Virus record (IMG/VR): IMGVR_UViG_3300029305_002776
Direction: 5' to 3' (one strand)
DNA length: 64,000 nucleotides
DNA from: a virus
Lineage: Duplodnaviria > Heunggongvirae > Uroviricota > Caudoviricetes
Of the stretch, positions 7,783 to 16,865 are shown in pieces. The first letter of the stretch is position 1; each line of letters opens with the position of its first letter. Under the pieces are notes generated by a model that was not told where the DNA came from, searched no databases, and saw only the letters and a list, made by a program, of their open reading frames with translations. A program made the translations under genes and the position numbers.

Positions 7783-9435
7783 TTAGTTTCTGTTCTCAAT
7801 CTCGTCCCACTGGTCAATCATGGCCTTAGCGAAGACGGCTTCATTTCCAGTCCAACCGTACATGATGTTTGTACGATATGCATACTCAGGAATTACAACA
7901 TTATCATAACCTGCAGTCTGAATGCTGAACACATTAACCTTGGGATTAACCTTCTTGCGATATTCCTGAATCAGCTTAAATACATTAATCATACCACCAG
8001 AATAAGCATAGCCATGACCACAGCCGAAGCCAGAATTCATATACTGCATTTTGTGTTCAGAGGTGCCGTACAAACCACCATGACCTGCTTGCTGATCAGA
8101 GTAGATAAAGATATTATCCCAATGCTCCTTGTTCTTGATGGCATTATAGAAGAACTCCCAAACTCCACCCTCGGTTCCACCACCAACATCAGAGCTTTGC
8201 TTTTTAGAAATACCCATGGCCTGATTCAACACACCAGTACGCTTGCTAATAGGCTTAGTAATCAGCTTGTCACCAAACTTACCAACATAGCCCTCGTCAG
8301 AACAAGCGGCAGTGATTACAGAAGACAGGTTATCAATGTCTGCTACGGTAACAGAGCCATACTCGCTGTTGAAAGTACCCCATGCAGAACCAGAGTTGTC
8401 AGACAGACACATTGTCTTGCCTTTGAGCTTAGGATAGTTTGCCAGAGCAATATCCATGCACTCTTCAAGAGCATCAATGATAATAGGCTTGTGATTACAA
8501 GCACTATTCTGTACTGCCTTCAAAGCGGAGTAATAGCGGAAGGGGAACTGCTTGCTACCAATTACAGTGTCTTTAATTTTCTGCATATACTTCTTGCAGA
8601 ACTCCATGTCGTTGACTTCGGAAAACACACCACGAATATTTCTGAGCATTGCCATATGACCCATGTTTACAGTCTCAAAAATCTCTTTCCAAGACTTACC
8701 TGCAGAACGAAGGTTTTCCCAAGTCTTATTATCCTCAGAAACCTCAACAGTGCCAGTACGCATCAGCTCATCAATGACATCAGAATACGCATGGCAAAGT
8801 CTCACCGCATTAATCATTCCAATCTCATGATTCTTATACTTTGCAACCTGATAACGACCAAGCTTGTTCAGCTTTGCACTCCAAGAACGCTTAAGAATAC
8901 TAGGAATGTTATTCTTCTTGCCATTGTTGTTATACAGATAATAGGCCATTTGAGACATAGGCTCATCTGCACGGCTCATAATCTCCTGATTGATGCGGTT
9001 GAATTCTCCAGGATTGTTCTCAGAAAACTCAATACGCTTAGGATGAATAGCGGCACGAACCATAATCACTTGAGGATTCAGACGCATGAAATAATCATTA
9101 CGAAGAGCCTTTGCCCACTCAAGAGTTGCCTTGAAGTCATAGTCAAGAGCCTTGTCGATAGCCTCTTCCATAACTTGCTCAGTCGTCTTACCCTCGTAGC
9201 AAGTAGGAATAGAGCTGAAACCCTTAATAAGCTCATTAACTACATATGCCTTGCTTCTCTTAGAGCCTCTGTAGTAAGAAGGCTCTCCGAAAATGGAAGA
9301 TGCAGTAATCATCTTCAAGGTGTCCAGAGGATTAATTACATAGGAATCGCCGCCCATGAAATTCTTAACTGTTTCGTCAAGTCTAAGGGAATTAGTCTGA
9401 TTCATTTCAGATACTGCTTTAGACATCTTGCTCAT
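7783..9435 (-). CDS. rsr: Ro60/TROVE-domain ribonucleoprotein orthologue (Rsr-like) with C-terminal vWA/MIDAS
   Basis: 550 aa; TROVE-type N-terminal region and C-terminal vWA with MIDAS DNSGSAWG; ATG at 9435 has RBS GGAGG 8 nt upstream (track ORF starts further 5' at 9489). Confidence 0.8.
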   Translation of the reverse strand: MSKMSKAVSEMNQTNSLRLDETVKNFMGGDSYVINPLDTLKMITASSIFGEPSYYRGSKRSKAYVVNELIKGFSSIPTCYEGKTTEQVMEEAIDKALDYDFKATLEWAKALRNDYFMRLNPQVIMVRAAIHPKRIEFSENNPGEFNRINQEIMSRADEPMSQMAYYLYNNNGKKNNIPSILKRSWSAKLNKLGRYQVAKYKNHEIGMINAVRLCHAYSDVIDELMRTGTVEVSEDNKTWENLRSAGKSWKEIFETVNMGHMAMLRNIRGVFSEVNDMEFCKKYMQKIKDTVIGSKQFPFRYYSALKAVQNSACNHKPIIIDALEECMDIALANYPKLKGKTMCLSDNSGSAWGTFNSEYGSVTVADIDNLSSVITAACSDEGYVGKFGDKLITKPISKRTGVLNQAMGISKKQSSDVGGGTEGGVWEFFYNAIKNKEHWDNIFIYSDQQAGHGGLYGTSEHKMQYMNSGFGCGHGYAYSGGMINVFKLIQEYRKKVNPKVNVFSIQTAGYDNVVIPEYAYRTNIMYGWTGNEAVFAKAMIDQWDEIENRN

Positions 9436-9459
9436 AAAAATTTCCTCCATAGTTTTATT

Positions 9460-9536
9460 TGGTAGCCCTGGTGGAATTCGAATCCACACTGGACGGATTT
9501 TAAGTCCGCTTCCTCTGCCTATTGGGATACAGGGCC
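9460..9536 (-). tRNA. tRNA-like gene with class-I cloverleaf and anticodon UAA (Leu-type anticodon but no long variable arm), sits in rsr leader 24 nt upstream of rsr ATG
   Basis: GGCCCTG...GCGGA-CTTAAAA-TCCGT-CCAGT-GTGGATTCGAATTCCAC-CAGGGCT-A-CCA; weak D-stem. Confidence 0.6.
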
Positions 9537-9574
9537 ATATTCAATAATTTTGTATTGTCTTTTGAACTGTCGTA

Positions 9575-9603
9575 ATATTACCACACTTTCAAAGATTTGT
9601 CAA
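9575..9603 (-). promoter_or_regulatory. sigma70-type promoter TTGACA-N17-TAATAT reading leftward into tRNA-like element and rsr
   Basis: minus strand GGTATTGACAAATCTTTGAAAGTGTGGTAATATTACG followed by conserved leader ACAATACAAAATTATT. Confidence 0.6.
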
Positions 9604-9723
9604 TACCTTTTTTAGAATTTTCTGAAATCTCTTTTGAGTTAAGGAGAAGAACATGAACCAACATTTCCGCTCCTTAACTCTTAGAGCTTTCAATAATTTT
9701 GTGCTGTCCTTTGAACTGAACTA

Positions 9724-9752
9724 ATATTAGCACAAACTTTTCATCTTGTCAA
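9724..9752 (-). promoter_or_regulatory. sigma70-type promoter TTGACA-N17-TAATAT (second of a tandem pair)
   Basis: minus strand CCTCTTGACAAGATGAAAAGTTTGTGCTAATATTAG then leader ACAGCACAAAATTATTG; a 45 bp palindrome (9636-9680) lies between the two promoters. Confidence 0.55.
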
Positions 9753-9771
9753 GAGGTTTTTTGGAAAAATT

Positions 9772-10137
9772 TTAAAACTCTTTGTTCTCAAAATACTCAT
9801 CCATAGACATAAGTGCCTTACCCATATAACTATGGATGTTTGCAAGATGCTTATTAAGAGACTTATTATACTTATTCACAAGCTTCTTACGAGCGATGTT
9901 CTTGCCCACTTCCTCGTCAAACTTATCATCACCATGGCACTTAGCTACCGCCTTAAATTTATAAGGCATTAGGAACCGATTATCTCCATACAATGCATTA
10001 ATCCACAAAGACGCAGTGGACTGCTCCAGGAACTTATAATTAAATGTGTTTACTGCGTCACGACTTGTTTCATTAATCTCCGCAACGACAACCTTCGCCT
10101 CGGGAATTACCTTAAAAGTAATACGATCGTATTTCAT
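9772..10137 (-). CDS. hypothetical protein, paralog of 11712..12074 (shared FMPKKFKAVAKCHPDDKFDEEVGK block)
   Basis: 121 aa ORF with RBS; strong similarity to second copy. Confidence 0.6.
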   Translation of the reverse strand: MKYDRITFKVIPEAKVVVAEINETSRDAVNTFNYKFLEQSTASLWINALYGDNRFLMPYKFKAVAKCHGDDKFDEEVGKNIARKKLVNKYNKSLNKHLANIHSYMGKALMSMDEYFENKEF

Positions 10138-10184
10138 AACTCAATCTCCTTAATAATTTTGTGTTGTTTCTTTTGAGTGTCTGT

Positions 10185-10213
10185 ATATTAGCACAGAATG
10201 TTTATTTTGTCAA
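10185..10213 (-). promoter_or_regulatory. sigma70-type promoter TTGACA-N17-TAATAT
   Basis: minus strand CACTTGACAAAATAAACATTCTGTGCTAATATACAG + leader ACAACACAAAATTATTAAGGAG. Confidence 0.6.
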
Positions 10214-10220
10214 GTGTTTT

Positions 10221-10976
10221 TTAAAGAAAATTATCTTCAATAACGAGAACATTTACTTTCCCGCTGTGGGCTGTACAAGCATCCAAAGAAATAAAGCCAT
10301 CACCATAGAAAATATCAAACTTAGCATCGTCGCCAAACTCAGATCTTCCGTCTTTAATAGACCAAAGGTAACTGGTATGCCAATGCCCAAATACTACAGT
10401 TTTACCTGTGTTATTATATCCATCCAATGCCATGTCTGGGCCACAAAGCCACATTGCATCATCCCATTGCTTTTGTGTTGCATCACGAAAGTTGTCCATT
10501 TTTACAAAGTGTCTATTCTTGCGATAATAAGCTGGCAGGCCATCACCACAATCTACTGGCAACCAACCGTGAACAAAGATATAGTTCTCTGTTTCAAAGT
10601 AATTTACCATGCCATCAATAAAGGTTCCAACTCGTGCAAGAGTCCTAGTGCAACATTCATCAAAGGAAAATCCTTCGTCTGCACCACCAAGATCACAAAT
10701 TGTCTTATATGTTCCATTAGACATGTCGTGTGGATACCAATAACCACGCTCACAGCAATCCAAAAGAAGCTGCTCGTGATTACCTTTAATGAGCACTTTT
10801 CTTTCAAGCCCTCTTAAGAAAGATAATACTTCCGCAGACTGTGGGCCTCTATCAAAACAATCTCCACATACAATCAGCGCATGCTCTGGATTATTCTTAT
10901 CAAACCCAGCATCATCAAGTGCTTTAATTAACTCATCATAAAACGAATGAACATCGCTTACGCAAAACAGTTTCAT
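10221..10976 (-). CDS. calcineurin-like metallophosphoesterase (Ser/Thr phosphatase / ApaH-PrpE-like)
   Basis: Motifs DVH, GDxxDRG, GNHE, later H and GHxH in correct order. Confidence 0.8.
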   Translation of the reverse strand: MKLFCVSDVHSFYDELIKALDDAGFDKNNPEHALIVCGDCFDRGPQSAEVLSFLRGLERKVLIKGNHEQLLLDCCERGYWYPHDMSNGTYKTICDLGGADEGFSFDECCTRTLARVGTFIDGMVNYFETENYIFVHGWLPVDCGDGLPAYYRKNRHFVKMDNFRDATQKQWDDAMWLCGPDMALDGYNNTGKTVVFGHWHTSYLWSIKDGRSEFGDDAKFDIFYGDGFISLDACTAHSGKVNVLVIEDNFL

Positions 10977-11095
10977 GCGTTCTTCTCCTGATTAAGCTTA
11001 CGCAGCTTGCGCTCCCACTTTTTAATTAGATTAGCATTTTCCACAGGGTTAGTCTTAAGCTTAGCAATACGATTCTTAATAAACAGCTCTTCCAT
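10973..11095 (-). CDS. small protein (40 aa), translationally coupled (ATGA overlap) to phosphoesterase
   Basis: RBS GGAGGT 7 nt upstream of ATG; not in ORF track (<60 aa). Confidence 0.4.
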   Translation of the reverse strand: MEELFIKNRIAKLKTNPVENANLIKKWERKLRKLNQEKNA

Positions 11096-11110
11096 AATAT
11101 TTACCTCCAA

Positions 11111-11701
11111 TTAATAATCAACAATAATCGTTTCCCATTTTTCCATTTTTGCAATAACACTATTTGCATACCGTCTTTGACCAGGGCCACCTGAGTTGTA
11201 GCAACTTAATGCGTCCTGCAAGCTATATTTATCAAGCAAATCACTTAAAAGACTACAGCCAGTCCTAAAGTTATCATAAGGATCTAAAAGGTCTTTTGCA
11301 CCAATGTCATTCATTCTACCCTTATGCCATTTCAATTGGATTTGCATGTACCCATAGCTGTTGCCATTATCGCCCATTATATTACGAAAATGGGTTTCAT
11401 GTTCAATGACAGCAAGTGCAAGCGCATAAGGAATATCAAATTCTTCACAGGCTGTACGCAAATTATCTTGCTCTTCGTATGAAAGCGGAACGTCATTGCT
11501 GAGATATCCGCTTTGCAGCAACGCAGCCTCAATTCTTTTATCCTCATATGCATTATAATCTATAACAATTTGCTCTGATTCTGTATATACTTGTACCTGA
11601 ACGTTATGCTTGTTTACATTTGCGGATGAAGCGAATACCCCTATAGTTAAAACAATAATCAAGGTTGGGATGGTTATCGTAGCTATAAGTAATTTCTTCA
11701 T
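11111..11701 (-). CDS. membrane-anchored lytic transglycosylase (SLT/lysozyme-like domain)
   Basis: N-terminal TM helix; catalytic-region pattern AVIEHETHF...GYMQIQ typical of SLT family. Confidence 0.7.
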   Translation of the reverse strand: MKKLLIATITIPTLIIVLTIGVFASSANVNKHNVQVQVYTESEQIVIDYNAYEDKRIEAALLQSGYLSNDVPLSYEEQDNLRTACEEFDIPYALALAVIEHETHFRNIMGDNGNSYGYMQIQLKWHKGRMNDIGAKDLLDPYDNFRTGCSLLSDLLDKYSLQDALSCYNSGGPGQRRYANSVIAKMEKWETIIVDY

Positions 11702-11711
11702 TATCTTCTCC

Positions 11712-12074
11712 TTAAACTCTCTTAATCAGATAACTATCAATCTCTAAATGACAGTCATAAAAGGCTTCCATAAAATTAACAAGATGTGTATTTAAGCTGC
11801 GATGATAAATATCAGTCAACTTATTCAAAGCAACTCGCTTACCGACCTCTTCATCAAACTTGTCGTCAGGATGACATTTTGCAACCGCCTTAAACTTTTT
11901 TGGCATAAAAAACCGTTCATTGTCATTATTCAAATCAATTCTAAGCGCAGATGTTACATTTGGCATAAATCTCTCATTAATAATATTGATCGCATCATAC
12001 CAACATCCACTGATTTCTGCAGTAACAATACCCTGCTCGGGAAAAACTTTATAAGTAACTTTATTCTTATTCAT
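11712..12074 (-). CDS. hypothetical protein, paralog of 9772..10137
   Basis: start chosen at MNKNK (RBS AAGGAG 7 nt upstream); track ORF extends to 12137. Confidence 0.6.
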   Translation of the reverse strand: MNKNKVTYKVFPEQGIVTAEISGCWYDAINIINERFMPNVTSALRIDLNNDNERFFMPKKFKAVAKCHPDDKFDEEVGKRVALNKLTDIYHRSLNTHLVNFMEAFYDCHLEIDSYLIKRV

Positions 12075-12127
12075 TGTCATTCTCCTTATTAGCAATAATT
12101 TTGTGTTGTTGTCTTTGCTTTGAACGT

Positions 12128-12157
12128 ATACTAACATATTTATTTCATCTTGTCAAG
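12128..12157 (-). promoter_or_regulatory. sigma70-type promoter TTGACA-N17-TAGTAT
   Basis: minus strand CCTCTTGACAAGATGAAATAAATATGTTAGTATACG + leader ACAACACAAAATTATTG. Confidence 0.55.
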
Positions 12158-12175
12158 AGGTTTTTTATAATTAAT

Positions 12176-12415
12176 TTACCCCTTTGACCATTCAACACGA
12201 GTCCAATATATCAAATAGCTTTCATTTTCCCACTCAAATCTTTCAATTTCTGTATTAAGACTATAATAATCTCCATCAAGAGGAATCAGCTTTTCACCGT
12301 CCCATTGGCAATAGCCAGAAAGTATTCCATCCTCATACTCATCATATGGATCATTACATCTTTCCATGATGGTTTCAATAGGCTTGCCTCTGGTTAGAAT
12401 ATCTCGTAGTGTCAT
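12176..12415 (-). CDS. hypothetical protein (79 aa)
   Basis: ORF on dominant strand, overlaps neighbour by 4 nt. Confidence 0.4.
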   Translation of the reverse strand: MTLRDILTRGKPIETIMERCNDPYDEYEDGILSGYCQWDGEKLIPLDGDYYSLNTEIERFEWENESYLIYWTRVEWSKG

Positions 12416-12630
12416 AGTTCCATATCACCATCCATTCTTACAAAAGGACAATCGTCACGCCGTTTTGTTCTTCCCTCGCAATTTGAAATGATTTTATTGC
12501 TCTTTGGTAGTGCCCCACATCGAAATCCTACGATCTTACCACCAAAGTCATACCAATGTGAAGCAAAGCATCGAAAGCAATTCTCAGGCATAGATAATTC
12601 TTCTATTTTAATCCCCATAGATGTCATCAC
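12412..12630 (-). CDS. small Cys-rich protein (putative zinc-binding)
   Basis: CFRCF...CGALP...C...C pattern. Confidence 0.4.
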   Translation of the reverse strand: MMTSMGIKIEELSMPENCFRCFASHWYDFGGKIVGFRCGALPKSNKIISNCEGRTKRRDDCPFVRMDGDMEL

Positions 12631-12780
12631 CGTACATTATTTTTCTTCCTATACACAAATTTATTATATAACCACACAACAAAACTGTTCCATCTCTTAC
12701 GCATAGGTGATAACTCTGGAAATAAATCCATTGGAGTTGCAATTTTGTCTAACTTATCCCTAAAACTCATTATTAGCACC

Positions 12781-13101
12781 TCACATCCAATTCATTACAT
12801 TTCCATAAATCTCATGCTTCATCTGTTCTTCTGCGTGCTTTGCTTTTTCTTTAGTCCAGTTATCCCCTTTGCGAATACGAGATTTAACAATAAGTTTTTT
12901 TAGACCCATGTCATTCATAGCGGTTTTAAATCTCTTTGCAAGTACCATTCCTGCCATTTGTTCTTTATTGACATTAGTATGATAACTTGTTTCTGGAACA
13001 GAGATATAAATTTCAAGATATTCTGGAGTTTCATTATGTTTTTCAATTTCTAGACCAAGACCAGCCCATGTAATCAGCATTACCTCACCAAGACTTACCA
13101 T
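12781..13101 (-). CDS. hypothetical protein (start MVSLGEV, RBS GGAGGT)
   Basis: track ORF 12781..13263; 5' part overlaps upstream gene in another frame, internal ATG with good RBS preferred. Confidence 0.4.
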   Translation of the reverse strand: MVSLGEVMLITWAGLGLEIEKHNETPEYLEIYISVPETSYHTNVNKEQMAGMVLAKRFKTAMNDMGLKKLIVKSRIRKGDNWTKEKAKHAEEQMKHEIYGNVMNWM

Positions 13102-13429
13102 GCTCAGCACCTCCGTCCATCTTCGCTCCGCATTCAGGGCAGTAGTTATGCATGTCGTGTACAGTTTCACCGCACAAAGAGCAGGAATAATCAAGGCACA
13201 AAATTCCTTCATCCCAATATACGTCTTCCTCTTCCCATACCCCGTGCTGAATCTCCACCACATCGGCGGCTTGTTCCGTTCTGATTGCGGCTTTTACTTC
13301 TCGCACGATGGCATCAATTTGCAATACAATACGCCATTCGTCGGCGTAGGAATATTCTACCGACTTCACTTTTTCGAGATATTTCAAAGAATTAAGCAAC
13401 GCCCCACGCTCGATATACTCTTTATTCAT
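13085..13429 (-). CDS. hypothetical protein with C-terminal zinc ribbon (CSLCG...CPECG)
   Basis: ORF with two CxxC pairs. Confidence 0.45.
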   Translation of the reverse strand: MNKEYIERGALLNSLKYLEKVKSVEYSYADEWRIVLQIDAIVREVKAAIRTEQAADVVEIQHGVWEEEDVYWDEGILCLDYSCSLCGETVHDMHNYCPECGAKMDGGAEHGKSW

Positions 13430-13543
13430 GGAATTCCTCCTGCCTCGTTTGTTCTTTGTGCCGCAAATGTATCATAATAATTTTGTTTTGTGAAGTGGCA
13501 AATTAAACAAATGTTGGATAAGATATTTATATATATTGCAACA

Positions 13544-15094
13544 TTAAGTATTCTTTTTAATTAACAGCCCAACATTATTCCAAATATTGTAGTTTAAATC
13601 ATAGTCGAACAACAATATTTTATCTTTCTCAGACAGACGATTCTTGTCAATTTTTAGACTGAAGTACCTCTTCTTCGGGTCAAGATCATATGCTACATCA
13701 TCTCCCCATTCGTCATTGTATGCTATGTATTGATAACAACCATATTCTTCTGGAGTAATTCTTTTGCCAAGAGTAAGTAAATCTACTGGGTGCTTAATTC
13801 CCTTTGCTGCACCAATATTATTAGAACTTAAATCAAATACACTATCAAATACAGTTGCATCAGTTAACTGGAAAGTACATACTCCAAAAAGATTTAATTC
13901 TTTTCCAAGCTCTACAATTTTAGTTGCAGTCATCTTTACCTTAACCCAATCCTCTGCGCCCCATGCCTTTAATGTATCAACAGCAAAACATCCACAGTTA
14001 TAAACTAGCTTAGCTCTTCTAATTTCAAGTTCGATTGCCTCGTCACTGTAGTCACTTGTAATATCGTTAAAATAGAAGCGACCATCCATTTGTTCTTCCA
14101 TCCACTGGGCTACTTTAGAAACATCTTGATATTCCTTGGATGCTCTAATTCTATTAATAAAACTATCTTCTGATTCAATATAGTTACCATCTTCATCTTT
14201 TGTTCTATAGATAAATTCCTTTGTTTCATTGTCTCTATACAAGCCCATAGTAATTTCTTTTTCTGGCTTAATTAATTCAACTCCATGTAGCTCTTTAAAT
14301 TCCTTACAGTTTAGGACAGTGGTAATCAAACAGTTTTTCATTGCTTGCTCCGTCATTTCATTACTAAGAAGCATGAATTTCTGCTTTTTTACTAAAGTAA
14401 CATAAGCTATTAAATTAACAAGATTTCTTGATTTACCTTCGTTGGAAAGAAAACCCTGGAACAAAACATTTCCAGGCAGTAAACCTCTAAAATATTCATT
14501 GTATCCTTGCCAATGAGTTTGCACACCAAACTGAGGAGTGAGTAAATAAGAATCTATTGTCTTAGAAACTCCCTTGGTCAATACAACAGGCTCTTCAATA
14601 ACATTAATCACAGTATTAATCTTGTCTGCCTTACTACGCATAATTCGATAAACATCATTTGCAGTTAAATATTGAAAGTTTTTGTGAGAGAGAATTTTTT
14701 CTGCAGGAAAGCCTTGTCTGTCATACTCTCTGATAAGAGAAAATTTCTTAACTGTGTTGTATACATTTTTGAAATCATCTGGATCTGAAATGTCCATCAT
14801 ACTTTGAATTGTTTTCCAGCCGCCATAAGTTTTGTATTGCTTTAGTCTCTCAGAGTTTTGGGTGGCAAAATTATTTACCTTATTTGATGAGATGTCTTGG
14901 CTAAAAGTAAGATAATATTCTTCAAATAAGTCATAAAAGAACCTTGTAGCAGCATCAGATAAATCATATTTAGACCTAGTTGATTCTCCGTAACTTAAAT
15001 ATAAATCTGGCTGCTTATACATACTTCCACAAAACAAAAGTTCAGCTTGTACATTAGTTTTATCAAATTTAATTACATTCTCTTCGCTTGACAA
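13544..15094 (-). CDS. putative replicative helicase-like P-loop protein (DnaB/RepA-like), TTG start
   Basis: Walker-A-like GFLSNEGKSRNL in C-terminal half; size 516 aa; next to recombination/replication genes. Confidence 0.45.
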   Translation of the reverse strand: MSSEENVIKFDKTNVQAELLFCGSMYKQPDLYLSYGESTRSKYDLSDAATRFFYDLFEEYYLTFSQDISSNKVNNFATQNSERLKQYKTYGGWKTIQSMMDISDPDDFKNVYNTVKKFSLIREYDRQGFPAEKILSHKNFQYLTANDVYRIMRSKADKINTVINVIEEPVVLTKGVSKTIDSYLLTPQFGVQTHWQGYNEYFRGLLPGNVLFQGFLSNEGKSRNLVNLIAYVTLVKKQKFMLLSNEMTEQAMKNCLITTVLNCKEFKELHGVELIKPEKEITMGLYRDNETKEFIYRTKDEDGNYIESEDSFINRIRASKEYQDVSKVAQWMEEQMDGRFYFNDITSDYSDEAIELEIRRAKLVYNCGCFAVDTLKAWGAEDWVKVKMTATKIVELGKELNLFGVCTFQLTDATVFDSVFDLSSNNIGAAKGIKHPVDLLTLGKRITPEEYGCYQYIAYNDEWGDDVAYDLDPKKRYFSLKIDKNRLSEKDKILLFDYDLNYNIWNNVGLLIKKNT

Positions 15095-15106
15095 TTATCT
15101 CACCTC

Positions 15107-15772
15107 TTAAAATTCATCTAGGAGGTCAGATATATCATCAAGACCTTCTGCTTTTGCTGGTGTATTATTAATGTTGTTATAATCAATTTTAATGTTTTCT
15201 TTCGCTTTTGCCTGTCTTTCTGCTTCTTCTGCATCACGTTTGGCTTTTGCCTTCAAATAATCTGGGATATGTTGAACAACTATGGATAAATCATAATTAG
15301 ATCTTTCTATATCCGTTTTTGGCCCCTTTTTATTTTGCTTGTTTTTTCTATTAATAGAATCTAGATTCTTTTGTGACCATCTCCACGCATCTAACAATAT
15401 GTTTACAGGAATAGGCTTGCATTTCTTTTTGTTGTATATTCCATGTTCTAATTCAGCAACAATATTCCAAAATCTATTTGGAAGAGCTGTAACATCATAA
15501 TGCGTTAAAATCCATTCATTTAAATCATCTTTTGCAAATTGGTACAATGACTTTTGCTTTCCTTCATTAATATGGTCTTCAATATTATCTAGGGCTATTT
15601 GCCAAGAGAGAGAGCTGCTTGTTTTATTTGCAGCCCTCTCCTTAGCTAATGCCACGAAACAGTCTTTGTGGTAATATTTGTTTTTGTATAGTACTGCGCT
15701 GCCTATATCATTTTTGTCAATGATAATAATATCTTTACACTTTTCGCATTTCCGTTTAATTGTTTGTGGCAT
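15107..15772 (-). CDS. zinc-finger protein (N-terminal CxxC...HxxC), possible helicase partner/loader
   Basis: KCEKCKD...HKDC motif; basic/acidic tail. Confidence 0.4.
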   Translation of the reverse strand: MPQTIKRKCEKCKDIIIIDKNDIGSAVLYKNKYYHKDCFVALAKERAANKTSSSLSWQIALDNIEDHINEGKQKSLYQFAKDDLNEWILTHYDVTALPNRFWNIVAELEHGIYNKKKCKPIPVNILLDAWRWSQKNLDSINRKNKQNKKGPKTDIERSNYDLSIVVQHIPDYLKAKAKRDAEEAERQAKAKENIKIDYNNINNTPAKAEGLDDISDLLDEF

Positions 15773-15785
15773 TTATGTCACCGCC

Positions 15786-16865
15786 TTACTCAGTTACGAT
15801 AGAAAGAATTTGCTTTAGGACAGATGGGTCTGTGAGCTTAGTGTAATTTGTAGGAAGCCCATTTTCCTTTAGCTTGGCTTGAGCAGACTTTTTACCATCA
15901 GCATCTAAAGCATTAATTGCCTTTTTAATCTCTGCCTTTAAAGAATCACATTCTGCAATTTCGTTTTCAATATCAGCAACATCAGGATCTGTTTGCATCA
16001 GCTTCTCTCTGTTTTCCTGATAATATTCTTCACGCTCTTGCTGTTCCTGCTTTAGCTTCTTTTCAATATATTCATCTGTTGCATCATGAGACTTAATAGA
16101 CTTCTTGATTGCATCAGTTACAGTCTTAACATAATTCTTTGCTGAAACTTCAACTTTCTCTTCAATGTCAGCAAATCTTCCACCAGCATCTACGTATCCA
16201 TTTCCACGGAATACCATGTATCTCTCTGCATTCTGGACAAAACCATCGTCAATGCTCTTTTCGATAACGCCCATCATACAAATATCACACTTGTTTGCAA
16301 AGATACCATCGTAGTCGGAGCTTAGGTTAGAGGTCAGCATCTGGTATTCGTCACCGTTCTTTTCCTTAATGTCACGAATCTTGGTATGACCAATAAAAAT
16401 TAGGCAATAACCACTATCACCAAGTCTAGTAATTAAAGAATTAATTAGCTCCTCTACCTTACGTCTACCAGCACCGTATCCACCGAAACATGCATTAAAC
16501 TCATGCTTTTCACCAGTCTTACGGAAATCTAGTCTGACAACTTCCCTTTGAGCCATAGACACCAGCTCGTCTACTGTATCAAAACCCAACAGTGAAAAAT
16601 TGTTGTCTGCCTTGTTTTCGATTAGCTCATCGGCAACTTCCGTGATATCACTCCATTCAGGGCAATCTACATACATTAGCCCATCTAGTGCAGAATAACC
16701 TCTTTCGTTGCCACAGCTTATTAATAATCCACGGCTCATATCTCCATATAGTTCTTTGATTAGATTTGCAAATAGTGTGGTCTTGCCCCACTTCTTTGGC
16801 GCTCTCCAATAATGTCTATAATGTGCTATATCAACAGACACTTCATTTGTCTTCCATAGTGCCAT
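15786..16865 (-). CDS. RecA-like ATPase of AAA_24 / Sak4-type (phage recombination)
   Basis: Walker A PKKWGKTTL near N-terminus, RecA-fold length, acidic coiled C-terminus; adjacent SSB. Confidence 0.65.
   Translation of the reverse strand: MALWKTNEVSVDIAHYRHYWRAPKKWGKTTLFANLIKELYGDMSRGLLISCGNERGYSALDGLMYVDCPEWSDITEVADELIENKADNNFSLLGFDTVDELVSMAQREVVRLDFRKTGEKHEFNACFGGYGAGRRKVEELINSLITRLGDSGYCLIFIGHTKIRDIKEKNGDEYQMLTSNLSSDYDGIFANKCDICMMGVIEKSIDDGFVQNAERYMVFRGNGYVDAGGRFADIEEKVEVSAKNYVKTVTDAIKKSIKSHDATDEYIEKKLKQEQQEREEYYQENREKLMQTDPDVADIENEIAECDSLKAEIKKAINALDADGKKSAQAKLKENGLPTNYTKLTDPSVLKQILSIVTE

Noticed and set aside
8014-9465. Long antisense ORFs (8014..9465 +, 28090..29370 +, 43644..44735 +, 53615..54634 +, 54211..54684 -)
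   Set aside because: Each lies entirely inside, and antisense to, a well-supported gene (Ro60, the SCH-family protein, vWA, the GC3-rich gene). Their open frames are a by-product of codon bias.
9578-9664. 28-aa ORF (MLVHVLLLNSKEISENSKKGIDKSLKVW) with good SD between the tandem promoters
   Set aside because: It overlaps the -10/-35 of the downstream promoter and the palindrome. It could be a leader peptide, but there is no supporting evidence.
10161-10817. 218-aa plus-strand ORF 10161..10817 and 10427..10621
   Set aside because: Antisense to the well-supported metallophosphoesterase gene and starts inside a minus-strand promoter. Spurious.
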